Virus record (IMG/VR): IMGVR_UViG_2866513116_000002
Coordinates: 1 to 64,000 of that record
Length of the DNA stretch: 64,000 nucleotides
Source of the DNA: a virus
Taxonomy: Duplodnaviria; Caudoviricetes
Strand: one strand, 5' to 3'
The translations under genes were made by a program, and so were the position numbers. Under the pieces are notes generated by a model. The model was not told where the DNA came from and ran no database searches. It saw only the letters and a list, made by a program, of their open reading frames with translations. This document shows, piece by piece, positions 1 through 8,060 of this stretch (position 1 is the first letter of the stretch; each line of letters begins with the position of its first letter).

Positions 1-1284
1 ATGCCGAACTCCGTCTTGTGGGTCTGCCTCGTTGCGGTGTGGCTCTTCGTGTTGGTCCCGATGGTGATCAAGGGTCGCCCGCAGACCAAGAAGACCACCG
101 AGGTCGCCAAGGCGACCCGACTTCTCCATCGTGGTGGCACCCGAGCACGCAGCACTCGTCGGCTCGCGGCCGGTGCACACCCGCACGACCCGAGTTACGT
201 CTCCGAACCCACGACAGCTCGTCGCTCGGCGACCGCGGTTCTCGACGCCGCGGACGACGACACCAAAGACCGGAGTGCAGAAGCGGTTTCGTCGGCCGAC
301 TCCGATGCCGACGAGGTGCCTACCGGTGACGTCGAGACCGACGACGTCGACGATGCCGTGAACGCGGTGGCCGAAAAGGTCACCGTCACTCGTGTCGAGG
401 TCGATGTCGTCGAGGTCGAGGTGGATCTGCTCGACGAGGACGACGACGCCGAACTTGACGACGAGTCGCAGTACGAGGACGCCGAACTCGACGACGAGTA
501 CGACGAAGACGACGAGTACGACGAAGACGCTGAGTACGGCGAAGACGCTGAGTACGACGAAGACGCTGAGTACGACGACGCTGAGTACGACGACGCTGAG
601 TACGACGACGCTGAGTACGACGACGCTGAGTACGACGACGATCTCGACGGTGACTCCGACCAGTACGACGATGACTCCGACCAGTACGACGATGACGACT
701 ACGACGGCGAGTGGGACCTCGAGGACGAGGTCGACGAGGAACTCGACGGTGTCCGCAGGCCTCGCAAGGCGACACCTGTAGCGGCGAAGGACTCGGCTCC
801 GGACACCAAGCAGGATAGGAAGTCTCGTCGTCGGAGTGCATTCACAATCGACGCGACAGGCGATGCCTTGCGCTACAAGGAGCGCCAGCGGGTCACCGTG
901 GCCCTTGCGGCGATGGTCATTGCGACCATTATTTGCGGTGTGCTATTTGGCCGATACGGTTGGATCGCCACCGGGGTGACGGGAGTTATGTTCGTCGGCT
1001 ACCTGTTCTATCTGCGACGAACCGTCAAGGCCGAGCAACAGATTCGGAGGCAGCGCATCGCCCGCGCACGTCGTGCCGCGAGGGCTGACGCAGAGCGTGA
1101 GCGTCGCGAAATGCAGACTCCCGAGTTCGCTGCCTACCCGCCGCCGCCGCGACTACGCCGTCCCGGTGGTGCGGTTGTCCTCGAAATCGACGACGAGCAC
1201 CCGGTATTCGACCATCTGCCACCGTTCCAGCGGCGTCGGGTCATGCGCGAGCACGAGGACTTCCGACAGGCCGCTGCCGGCTGA
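1..1284 (+). CDS. glpR: SepX/GlpR-like membrane protein (Rv0996-like)
   Basis: N-terminal TM (MPNSVLWVCLVAVWLFVLVPM), long acidic linker, two TMs, C-terminal LRRPGGAVVLEIDDEHPVFDHL motif; lies upstream of tRNA-Ala as in mycobacteria. Confidence 0.8.
   Translation: MPNSVLWVCLVAVWLFVLVPMVIKGRPQTKKTTEVAKATRLLHRGGTRARSTRRLAAGAHPHDPSYVSEPTTARRSATAVLDAADDDTKDRSAEAVSSADSDADEVPTGDVETDDVDDAVNAVAEKVTVTRVEVDVVEVEVDLLDEDDDAELDDESQYEDAELDDEYDEDDEYDEDAEYGEDAEYDEDAEYDDAEYDDAEYDDAEYDDAEYDDDLDGDSDQYDDDSDQYDDDDYDGEWDLEDEVDEELDGVRRPRKATPVAAKDSAPDTKQDRKSRRRSAFTIDATGDALRYKERQRVTVALAAMVIATIICGVLFGRYGWIATGVTGVMFVGYLFYLRRTVKAEQQIRRQRIARARRAARADAERERREMQTPEFAAYPPPPRLRRPGGAVVLEIDDEHPVFDHLPPFQRRRVMREHEDFRQAAAG
490..700 (+). 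repeat. In-frame 15/18/21-bp tandem repeats (GACGCTGAGTACGAC-like) encoding DAEYD/EDAEYD/DDDSDQY
   Basis: Directly visible tandem repeats in the acidic linker. Confidence 0.9.
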
Positions 1285-2011
1285 CATCCAAAGACTCCGG
1301 GTGCGCGACAATCCATTCGCGTCCCGATCGGACGGCACGGCACAGTGCCAACCGTTCGCCGATGTAGAGCGACGGCGCTCCCAGCAGTGGAATCCACGAC
1401 AGTGTCGAGAACGGTCGGGGTGGCTGGGGGCGCCGGCCCATCTGTGCGTCGACCTTGCGCAGGATCTGCGCGATGTCCCACAGCAGACGCACTGCTAAAC
1501 GTTTGGGCTTAGCGTTCTCCGGGCCGACCGGTGTCACCGATGCCGGGAGGGAGTCATCGCGGAGTTCACGGCCACACAACACCGAAGCCAGCAGGCGGAT
1601 CTGCCAACCGCGGTCGGTGACGCCGTATTCACGTGCGATGGCAACGAGGACCGTGGCCTGATTGGCGAACCCCAACGGTGTTGCCAAGGGCAACACCTTG
1701 GCCCATGCCCCCAGCGCGCCGGGATAGGCCACTGCGATCGTATTGACGGCGCCGAGTCGATTGATCCACCAGTCGGCGCGATCCTTCATCGACAGCTCCG
1801 TCCAGCCCTTGGTACCGGGCCAGTCGGCGACGTCCAGCGCCTTGGCGACGGTGTGCTGGACTGCGGCGATCCCGGAATGATCGCCCTCGTCGAAGGTGTG
1901 TGCCTTCAGCCCCAGCGGATCCCGTTCGGCCAGCACGTCCAGGAGTGGATCGATCACCGTGATCGCTGCGTCCAACGCTCTTGCCAACTGCTCATTCGTC
2001 ATCTCGGCCAC
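1241..2011 (-). CDS. Hypothetical protein (host)
   Basis: 256-aa ORF with normal composition, convergent with and overlapping the glpR 3' end. Confidence 0.7.
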   Translation of the reverse strand: MAEMTNEQLARALDAAITVIDPLLDVLAERDPLGLKAHTFDEGDHSGIAAVQHTVAKALDVADWPGTKGWTELSMKDRADWWINRLGAVNTIAVAYPGALGAWAKVLPLATPLGFANQATVLVAIAREYGVTDRGWQIRLLASVLCGRELRDDSLPASVTPVGPENAKPKRLAVRLLWDIAQILRKVDAQMGRRPQPPRPFSTLSWIPLLGAPSLYIGERLALCRAVRSGREWIVAHPESLDVSRQRPVGSPRARA

Positions 2012-2117
2012 GCGGTGCAGTGTAGCGACACGAGGTCACGACACGGTGTGACCTGGCGTTTGTGAGGTGCGCGGGCGGTGCTGCTAGAGTGTCAACGGTC
2101 GGTTTCCGGGCCGGCGC

Positions 2118-2190
2118 GGGGCTATGGCGCAGTTGGTAGCGCGACTCGTTCGCATCGAGTAGGTCAGGGGTTCGATTCCCCTTAGCTCCA
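2118..2190 (+). tRNA. tRNA-Ala (anticodon CGC); prophage integration site (attL)
   Basis: GGGGCTA..TAGCTCC acceptor stem with G3:U70, anticodon arm ACTCG-TT CGC AT-CGAGT, GTTCGA T-loop; integrase ends 14 bp downstream. Confidence 0.97.
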
Positions 2191-2203
2191 CAGAAACACC
2201 AGT

Positions 2204-3460
2204 TCAGACGGCCTCTCCCGACTTCCGGGAGGGGCCGTTTTTCGTGTCACCCACGGAATACCCACGAGAAACCGGAGCGAGCCGGTCCAGCACGTGGCGG
2301 ACATCCCCCGTGATCTTCTTGCGCTGCACGTAGTGGCGGCGGGTGATCTCCGGCGAGGTGTGGCCCAGTTGCTCGGCCGCGGCCTCCATGCCGATCTCGT
2401 CAGCGAGGATCGTCGCCACGGTCTTGCGGAAGGTCTTGGGCGTCACCCACTCGAACATGTCGGCCGGACCGTCGGGCTCCCCGTTCTCGAGGACCACGAA
2501 CTTGCGGGCGTCGCGGAACTGACGCCGGGTGTTGGCGGTAGTGCGGGGTCCACCATCGCGAGAGGGGAACACGAGTCCGAGTTCGTTCGAAGGGAGGTCG
2601 CGCGCCTTCTGTCGCTGCAGGGCGCTCACCATGAAGTCGGGCAGGATGAGCCAGTGCTGGCTCGTGGCGGTCTTCGGCCGCGGCTGGTACTCGCCGCGCT
2701 TGTTGATCGCACCCGCGAGGTACACCATCGCCGGTGAAAGGTCGGTGGCCCACCGGATGTGCTCCCACTGGAAGGCGAGCACCTCGGAGATGCGCCCACC
2801 GGACCCGATGAGGCAGTCGGCGAGGTCGGGGAAATCCGTCCCCCGCTTGGGTCCGTATTGGTTGGTGCCCGACCAGGTGGCGATGCGGATCCGCAACTGC
2901 TGCAGCTCGTCGATGGTCAAAGCTCGCGCTGCTGCCGGCGCCGAGAACCGACGCGTCGTATCGACGATGGGGTTGCGGTCGATCGCGTCGTGCTGGGCGG
3001 CGAGGGTCATCATTCCCGACAACACCGTGCGGCACTGGCGTGAGCGTGCGTCGGTCGCCACAGCGCGCAGGAACGCATCGAGCACGCCGACGGTCGCCTC
3101 GCCAACGCGGACATCGCCGAGTCCGGGTGTGATGTGCAGCTTGATCAGCTCTCGGTCGTTGTCCAGGGTGCCGGCGGCATACTTGCTCGACTCTTCGCGC
3201 TTCTCCAGCCACAGCTTCGCGAGATCGGCGAGCCGGGTATCGCGGGTGATGTCGACGACCGAGTCCGTTGGCCGCGCCCTCGTGGACAGCGCCTCCACGA
3301 GGGCCCGCTCGGCCTTCGCCCCACTGGCGCCGAAGCGCTCCACTACCCGCGTCTTGCCGTCGTAGTCCCGGTACTGTGCCCGGGCTCGGTGGCGTCCGGG
3401 AGCTACCTCGGTGCGGTTGATCCGGCCCCAGGTGCCGAGGGGGAGTGGTGGGCGTGGCAT
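2204..3460 (-). CDS. int: Tyrosine integrase
   Basis: GGRISE (R), KTFRK (HxxR variant), LGH..T..HY catalytic motifs. Confidence 0.95.
   Translation of the reverse strand: MPRPPLPLGTWGRINRTEVAPGRHRARAQYRDYDGKTRVVERFGASGAKAERALVEALSTRARPTDSVVDITRDTRLADLAKLWLEKREESSKYAAGTLDNDRELIKLHITPGLGDVRVGEATVGVLDAFLRAVATDARSRQCRTVLSGMMTLAAQHDAIDRNPIVDTTRRFSAPAAARALTIDELQQLRIRIATWSGTNQYGPKRGTDFPDLADCLIGSGGRISEVLAFQWEHIRWATDLSPAMVYLAGAINKRGEYQPRPKTATSQHWLILPDFMVSALQRQKARDLPSNELGLVFPSRDGGPRTTANTRRQFRDARKFVVLENGEPDGPADMFEWVTPKTFRKTVATILADEIGMEAAAEQLGHTSPEITRRHYVQRKKITGDVRHVLDRLAPVSRGYSVGDTKNGPSRKSGEAV
2208..2242 (+). terminator. Intrinsic terminator after the tRNA, overlapping the integrase 3' end
   Basis: ACGGCCTCTCCCG-loop-CGGGAGGGGCCGT followed by a T run. 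Confidence 0.75.
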
Positions 3461-3463
3461 CGG

Positions 3464-3916
3464 CTATTCCGTCGGTGTTGGGGTGTCGGTGTCGTCGTCA
3501 GGGGTGTCGGTCGGGGTCGAGTTGTTGTCGGCGATGTTCGCAATCCCGGTCGCGTCGCCGTTCTGATGCACAACCGCTTCGCAGGAGAATGCTTCATCGC
3601 CGACGTAGCCACCGAACTTGTTCTTGGCGTTGACCATTCCCACGATGATGTAGAAGTGGTCTGTCGCAGCAGCGGATGTCTCAAGCGTGGCTGGCGGCGT
3701 GTACTGGTGGTCTGGACGTTTTGTCACTTGCTCCTGGCTGAACTGCGCACTGCCAGGGTCGCTGAGCTGATTCTTTATTGAATTCTCGCATGCCTCTTTC
3801 GCATTCGCCTCTGCGATGTATGGAGTATCGCCATCTGGCGTGCTGGAACATCCGCTGACGATGAGGACAGCCAGCATGCAACTTGCGGCAATTGGGGCGA
3901 ATCGGGCGATTCTCAT
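3464..3916 (-). CDS. Lipoprotein (possible superinfection exclusion)
   Basis: Signal peptide with lipobox VSGC; LSDPGSAQF and VNAKNKFGGYVG motifs typical of prophage lipoproteins. Confidence 0.75.
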   Translation of the reverse strand: MRIARFAPIAASCMLAVLIVSGCSSTPDGDTPYIAEANAKEACENSIKNQLSDPGSAQFSQEQVTKRPDHQYTPPATLETSAAATDHFYIIVGMVNAKNKFGGYVGDEAFSCEAVVHQNGDATGIANIADNNSTPTDTPDDDTDTPTPTE

Positions 3917-3986
3917 ATTCGTATTCCGTTCTACCGCTCAGTGATTCACGGATCGTATCGGGCCGACGGGGCAGAGTGCCGGGGAT

Positions 3987-4211
3987 TCATCTCCCCAGAG
4001 GACGTTCTCGCAGTCTCCGCAGTCGGTTCACCAGCACCGGGTTGTAGGCGAGTGCCTCCTCGGTGTCCAGGAGCCGATTCACGCGCTGCCAGTACCGCGT
4101 GACCGAGATGCCGAACTGGGCCATGATCGCGTCGGCCTGCCTGCCGGCGTATCGCCACTGCTTGTCGGCGAAGTCGAGTAGGGCGCGGTCGTCGCTCGAG
4201 AGTGCCCTCAC
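3987..4211 (-). CDS. DUF3263 family protein
   Basis: DRALLDF..QWRYAG..I..FGISVTRYWQRVNRLLD..ALAYNPVLVNRLRRLR; GTGA overlap with the upstream stop. Confidence 0.85.
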   Translation of the reverse strand: MRALSSDDRALLDFADKQWRYAGRQADAIMAQFGISVTRYWQRVNRLLDTEEALAYNPVLVNRLRRLRERPLGR

Positions 4212-4726
4212 GGGTTCGCCACCCAGGTTTGGCCGCCGCACAGGATTGCTTTGCCCTGCGGGTCGGTGCTGACGCTGTCGACGCTGGGATCGCATGGGTC
4301 GCCGATGTTGTGGGTCTCGCCGTCGTTGTCGCCGTGGAGTACCCACTGGTACCCGCCGCCGGCGCCGAGGTAGGCGCACACGAGGCTCGTGCCGTCGGCT
4401 GCGGTCCCGAAGGAGCGGGCTTCGGATTCGAAGCATTGGCCGCCTTGTACTGGCGTCGATCCCGTGGGGGTCGGTTCCTCGGTTGTCGTTTCCGTGACCG
4501 TCGGTGTGGGCGCGGCGGCTGGTGGTGTCGACGACGCCGGTGGTGTGGTGGTCGCGGTCATCGTGACCGTCGAGGGACCGGTCGCGCCGGTCGAGTTGTC
4601 CCTTCGGCTGTCGACGATCACGAATATCACCGCGACGACGAGAGCCGCGACGAGTAGGAACGCGATGACGCACAGCACCCAGGTCAGCCGAGAGCTGCGC
4701 CGTGGTTCGGATTCGGGGTACGTCAT
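4208..4726 (-). CDS. Single-TM protein with T/P-rich linker and Cys-rich C-terminal domain
   Basis: AAGGAG RBS before ATG 4726; TM helix; T/P-rich stalk. Confidence 0.75.
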   Translation of the reverse strand: MTYPESEPRRSSRLTWVLCVIAFLLVAALVVAVIFVIVDSRRDNSTGATGPSTVTMTATTTPPASSTPPAAAPTPTVTETTTEEPTPTGSTPVQGGQCFESEARSFGTAADGTSLVCAYLGAGGGYQWVLHGDNDGETHNIGDPCDPSVDSVSTDPQGKAILCGGQTWVANP

Positions 4727-4730
4727 CGGT

Positions 4731-5171
4731 TCAGGCTCCTTGCTCGCGCCCGGCGCCCCGCCGGTCCAGTTCGTCGTCGATCCACGCCCGCTCATCATCC
4801 GACAGGGACTGCACCAACGTCACCAGCATGGGCACATCCACCCACAACTCCTCGGCGACCTCATCGGTGTGGCGGGTCCAGCACAGGACGTCGACGAGGT
4901 CCTCGAGCGCGACCAGCCGGCGCGCTGCGATCCTCTCGACCGTCAGCTCCTCCCGCGCCCGGAGCACGCGGTCCGTGGGGAAGACACGGCGTTCGTCGTG
5001 AACGAGTTCGTGTGCAATGGTGCAGCGCCGCTCGTCGCCGAGCATGTGGCGATTCACTTCGATGCGATCACCGACGATGCGGCCCCGAACGCCGACGGGC
5101 AGGTGCTCGACGAACTCGATCCTCAGGTGCTCGCGGAGTCGGGCGTCGCGCCATGGGTGGTAGATCGACAT
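4731..5171 (-). CDS. ImmA/IrrE family metallopeptidase
   Basis: RRCTIAHELVH HExxH motif, E..VE.IAARRLV, AEELWV HTH-like tail. Confidence 0.9.
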   Translation of the reverse strand: MSIYHPWRDARLREHLRIEFVEHLPVGVRGRIVGDRIEVNRHMLGDERRCTIAHELVHDERRVFPTDRVLRAREELTVERIAARRLVALEDLVDVLCWTRHTDEVAEELWVDVPMLVTLVQSLSDDERAWIDDELDRRGAGREQGA

Positions 5172-5178
5172 GCCGGAC

Positions 5179-5201
5179 ACCGTAGAACCAGACACTGACA
5201 A
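5179..5201 (-). promoter_or_regulatory. PafBC-dependent (RecA-NDp) type promoter driving leaderless immA
   Basis: Minus strand reads TTGTCAG-TGTCTGGTTC(10 nt)-TACGGT-7 nt-ATG, matching TGTCRG-N10-TAnnnT. Confidence 0.75.
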
Positions 5202-5221
5202 TCGCCTTGCGATGCAACGAA

Positions 5222-5716
5222 TTACACTGATGCAATTCCCGCCGGTGGGGCATCGTCACTAGCTTCCGCATCATCGTCGAAGAGCATCGGCAACACCTCA
5301 TCCCAGGACGGTGTGCGGATGGGGAGCATTGCTGTGGGCATACCGATCAGTCTCGTCTGATCTGCCACTGCCGCCCGCACGAAACCAAGGACATACTCCA
5401 AGGCGTGGTCGCGCAGGAATTCTTCAATCTCCTTCCGGCCAGGCGCCGATACATCGACAAAACGGAACTGGACCGCGCAACTCAGCTCAGCCGTGATGTC
5501 TTGGTCCGCCAGCTCAAGCTCGACGCGCAGCTCTATGTGATAGCTGGCAGAGTCACCATCATCTGGAGCGTCAAGAACCTGATGATGCGAGAGACCAAAA
5601 CCGATCTGTAACCGAGCGTCCTCATCCCACTGATCGCGTTCATCCCCATAACGTCGCTCGATCGAGCGTTTGAACCAACGAAGTCCGGCACCCGCGGCAC
5701 TCTCGATCAGAGCCAT
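5222..5716 (-). CDS. SecB-like chaperone (TAC chaperone)
   Basis: 164 aa, acidic; beta-rich N-half then EFLRDHALEYVLGFVRAAVADQTRLIGMPTAMLP, resembling the SecB helix-helix-LP signature. Confidence 0.65.
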   Translation of the reverse strand: MALIESAAGAGLRWFKRSIERRYGDERDQWDEDARLQIGFGLSHHQVLDAPDDGDSASYHIELRVELELADQDITAELSCAVQFRFVDVSAPGRKEIEEFLRDHALEYVLGFVRAAVADQTRLIGMPTAMLPIRTPSWDEVLPMLFDDDAEASDDAPPAGIASV

Positions 5717-5717
5717 T

Positions 5718-6110
5718 TCATCCCATCGCCCGCGTCGCCAACGGTGGCCACGGCCGCAGATCGTAGTCGCTTTCTGCGATCTCGTCGTGGTCCCAAGTAA
5801 CGACGTCGGCGTTTCGCGAGATCATGCGGCACTTCTCGGAGTGCCAGCTTGAGACATCCACGCGAAAGATGGCGTTCACGGCCTTGGCGTATCGACGCAC
5901 GGTCGCCATCGTGGGATTGGTCGATCCACTCTCGAACCGAGAGACCTGCGACACGTCCACCTTCATCATCTCCGCCACCTCTGCAAGCGACAGTTCGCGA
6001 TCGATGCGGCATTGGCGCAGATCAAATATCAACTTCAACTGCTCGTTGGCCAGCTCCGCCCCGAGGTGGTCGATCGATGTTGGGTGCTCAACTCCTGGAA
6101 ACATGCTCAT
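5718..6110 (-). CDS. XRE/HigA-like HTH antitoxin with C-terminal extension (possible ChAD)
   Basis: LSLAEVAEMMKVDVSQVSRFESGSTNPTMATVRRYAKAV HTH_3, followed by about 45 aa of aromatic/acidic tail; start may be 6134. Confidence 0.8.
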   Translation of the reverse strand: MSMFPGVEHPTSIDHLGAELANEQLKLIFDLRQCRIDRELSLAEVAEMMKVDVSQVSRFESGSTNPTMATVRRYAKAVNAIFRVDVSSWHSEKCRMISRNADVVTWDHDEIAESDYDLRPWPPLATRAMG

Positions 6111-6195
6111 GCGGTGTGTGCCCTTTCGATGCATACGAAGGCACCGCGCTCTGCGCGGGCTCTCACTCCCTCATTGCGCTATAACGCAAAAGCTA

Positions 6196-6750
6196 TCACG
6201 CTGCGTTCCAACGTCGCCAGGTAGTCCGCATGTTCAGACACCGATCAATCCCCGAGTGCATCGCGTCCTTAATCTCGACTGTCTGTTGGTTCGGGTCGTA
6301 CGTCGCGTCATTCGCTGGTTTCGCGCCAAGCCCACTGCCAACGATCTCAATGGTCGCACCCTCAGGCGTTGCACGGCGTTCGATAAAGTACAGCCGGTAC
6401 AGCGTTAGCTGATCACTGGACTCGGCGTAGAGTTCGCCCGCCCATGGCATCGGTCGTTCAGGCGTGAAGTTGTGATCCGGCAGATCCATCACCCTTTCAC
6501 CTACCGGCACCCTGTGGGACGGATGACTCACTCCTTCGAGGCTGTTGTTCTGGGTGGGTGCGATTCCCTGCAGGCGCGCGCGGTTCGTGAGCGCGATCAG
6601 TAGGTCGTAAGCCTCAGAGTCCACAGCGTGAAGCGCACCGAGCTGCTCTTCAGCCTCAAAGGTGTATGACCAGCTACAGCCCGGTCGATGAATCCGCGAT
6701 GCTAGTGCTGCGTCGATAGGATCGATTATGCATCCTCCCGCCCGTTGCAA
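6196..6750 (-). CDS. Divergent RelE/HigB-like toxin candidate
   Basis: GELY..LYRLYF and K..QTVEI..A segments resemble the HigB/RelE core; directly upstream of the HTH antitoxin; start uncertain. Confidence 0.5.
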   Translation of the reverse strand: MQRAGGCIIDPIDAALASRIHRPGCSWSYTFEAEEQLGALHAVDSEAYDLLIALTNRARLQGIAPTQNNSLEGVSHPSHRVPVGERVMDLPDHNFTPERPMPWAGELYAESSDQLTLYRLYFIERRATPEGATIEIVGSGLGAKPANDATYDPNQQTVEIKDAMHSGIDRCLNMRTTWRRWNAA

Positions 6751-7019
6751 TCGCCAATCCGACCCCTTGCTACGGCGATGACCAGGCCAGTCAGTGCTCC
6801 GATTGCGGCGGCGACCAGACCGTAGAGGACTTCGTTGGCAAGGACACCTACGGCGACGCCTAGTGCGTAGGCGACACCTCCGTCAGCGCCTCGGTGGGCG
6901 AACTCCTCGTTGCTGAGCTGCGCGAGCGCAACAAGAATGACCAGGGTGGTCCCAACACACCCGCCTGTCAGCGCACCTACTTTAACTGCGCGCCCGCGCA
7001 GGGATGAGTTCTCAAACAT
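6726..7019 (-). CDS. Small two-TM membrane protein
   Basis: Two hydrophobic stretches. Confidence 0.6.
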   Translation of the reverse strand: MFENSSLRGRAVKVGALTGGCVGTTLVILVALAQLSNEEFAHRGADGGVAYALGVAVGVLANEVLYGLVAAAIGALTGLVIAVARGRIGDCNGREDA

Positions 7020-7169
7020 GCCCGGCCCTTCTTGTCGGCTCGCGACTACTCGGCGTGCGGCTCAAGAATTCTCCCTGGGGTCGCCGCACTTGTCGTGGTT
7101 GATCGCAAGATTCATCTGGTCGAGGGACGGCCGAGCGCTGCGGGGTAGGGTGCCACGACTCCGCTTGAG

Positions 7170-7270
7170 TCACCGCGGCCCCCTCGGCGCCGCGTGTTCG
7201 GTCCATCGCACTCCGTCCCAGTAGCGCTGTAGTGCGGGGTTGACGGGGTCGGGGTACCAGCCGGCGGGAC
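7170..7270 (-). pseudogene. DUF2510 domain fragment, not in the ORF track
   Basis: Minus frame encodes PAGWYPDPVNPALQRYWDGVRWTEH; no ATG/GTG start after the upstream stop. Confidence 0.65.
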
Positions 7271-7388
7271 CACGTAGGGCGGCGATCTCGGCTCTCCTCG
7301 GGGTTGATCTGCGACTTCACTGACTCTTTCATCGCAGCCGGTTGCCAGGCGCAGCCCTCCGAGTTCTTCGCGGCCAGCGGCCCCGACG

Positions 7389-8057
7389 TCACGCTGGCAA
7401 CCCTTTCGGCGGGGCAGACTTAGGAGGCACCATCGCCGCGGACAATGTCAGCAAAACGAGTCCAATTCCGGCGACAATCATTGGTCGGATGTTCGAGGTG
7501 TCAAGGATGACGAGTGCGGCGACGATACCGAACAGGAGGAAACCGATTGAGGCGAGTCCCACGTGCCACGCACGCCGCCGATACAGATTCCGACCGTGAA
7601 GGCAGACCAGCATTACGCAGCAGCATACGATTCCGTATGACACGAGCCAACTACAGATGCCGATGACGAACCACGCTGCTGTCTCGGCTGAACCTCTGAG
7701 AAGCGAAGAAGCGTAGGCCACCGGAATTACGAGTGCTGTTGTCACGACGATGAAGTGTGCGACTTGTCTACCGATCTTCTCGTTGCCACTCAACTGCGTG
7801 GCGGGCGCGATGAATCGAGTGGCCACCCACACCACCAGGTAGGCGGATAGGGCCTGTGGCAGGTAGACCAGATAGTCGCCGAAAATCGTTCGGGTCAAAA
7901 CAAACTGGATCAGTCCAAGCCCTGATCCGCCGAAGGCCAATGCGGTGGCGCCAGCTGCGACCGCCGACAGGGTCGCTAGTGGACGCTCGCGGCGCCTGTT
8001 AGCGACCACCGCTCCAACTGCTATCAGTACGAACGTCGCTGTGAGTTGCAAGTTCAC
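7389..8057 (-). CDS. Multi-pass membrane protein
   Basis: About 7 hydrophobic segments; starts 4 bp after the repressor stop. Confidence 0.7.
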   Translation of the reverse strand: MNLQLTATFVLIAVGAVVANRRRERPLATLSAVAAGATALAFGGSGLGLIQFVLTRTIFGDYLVYLPQALSAYLVVWVATRFIAPATQLSGNEKIGRQVAHFIVVTTALVIPVAYASSLLRGSAETAAWFVIGICSWLVSYGIVCCCVMLVCLHGRNLYRRRAWHVGLASIGFLLFGIVAALVILDTSNIRPMIVAGIGLVLLTLSAAMVPPKSAPPKGLPA

Positions 8058-8060
8058 CTC

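Noticed and set aside
7012-7392. 126-aa ORF from the ORF track
   Set aside because: R/P-rich shadow-like composition; the recognisable DUF2510 motif is in another frame
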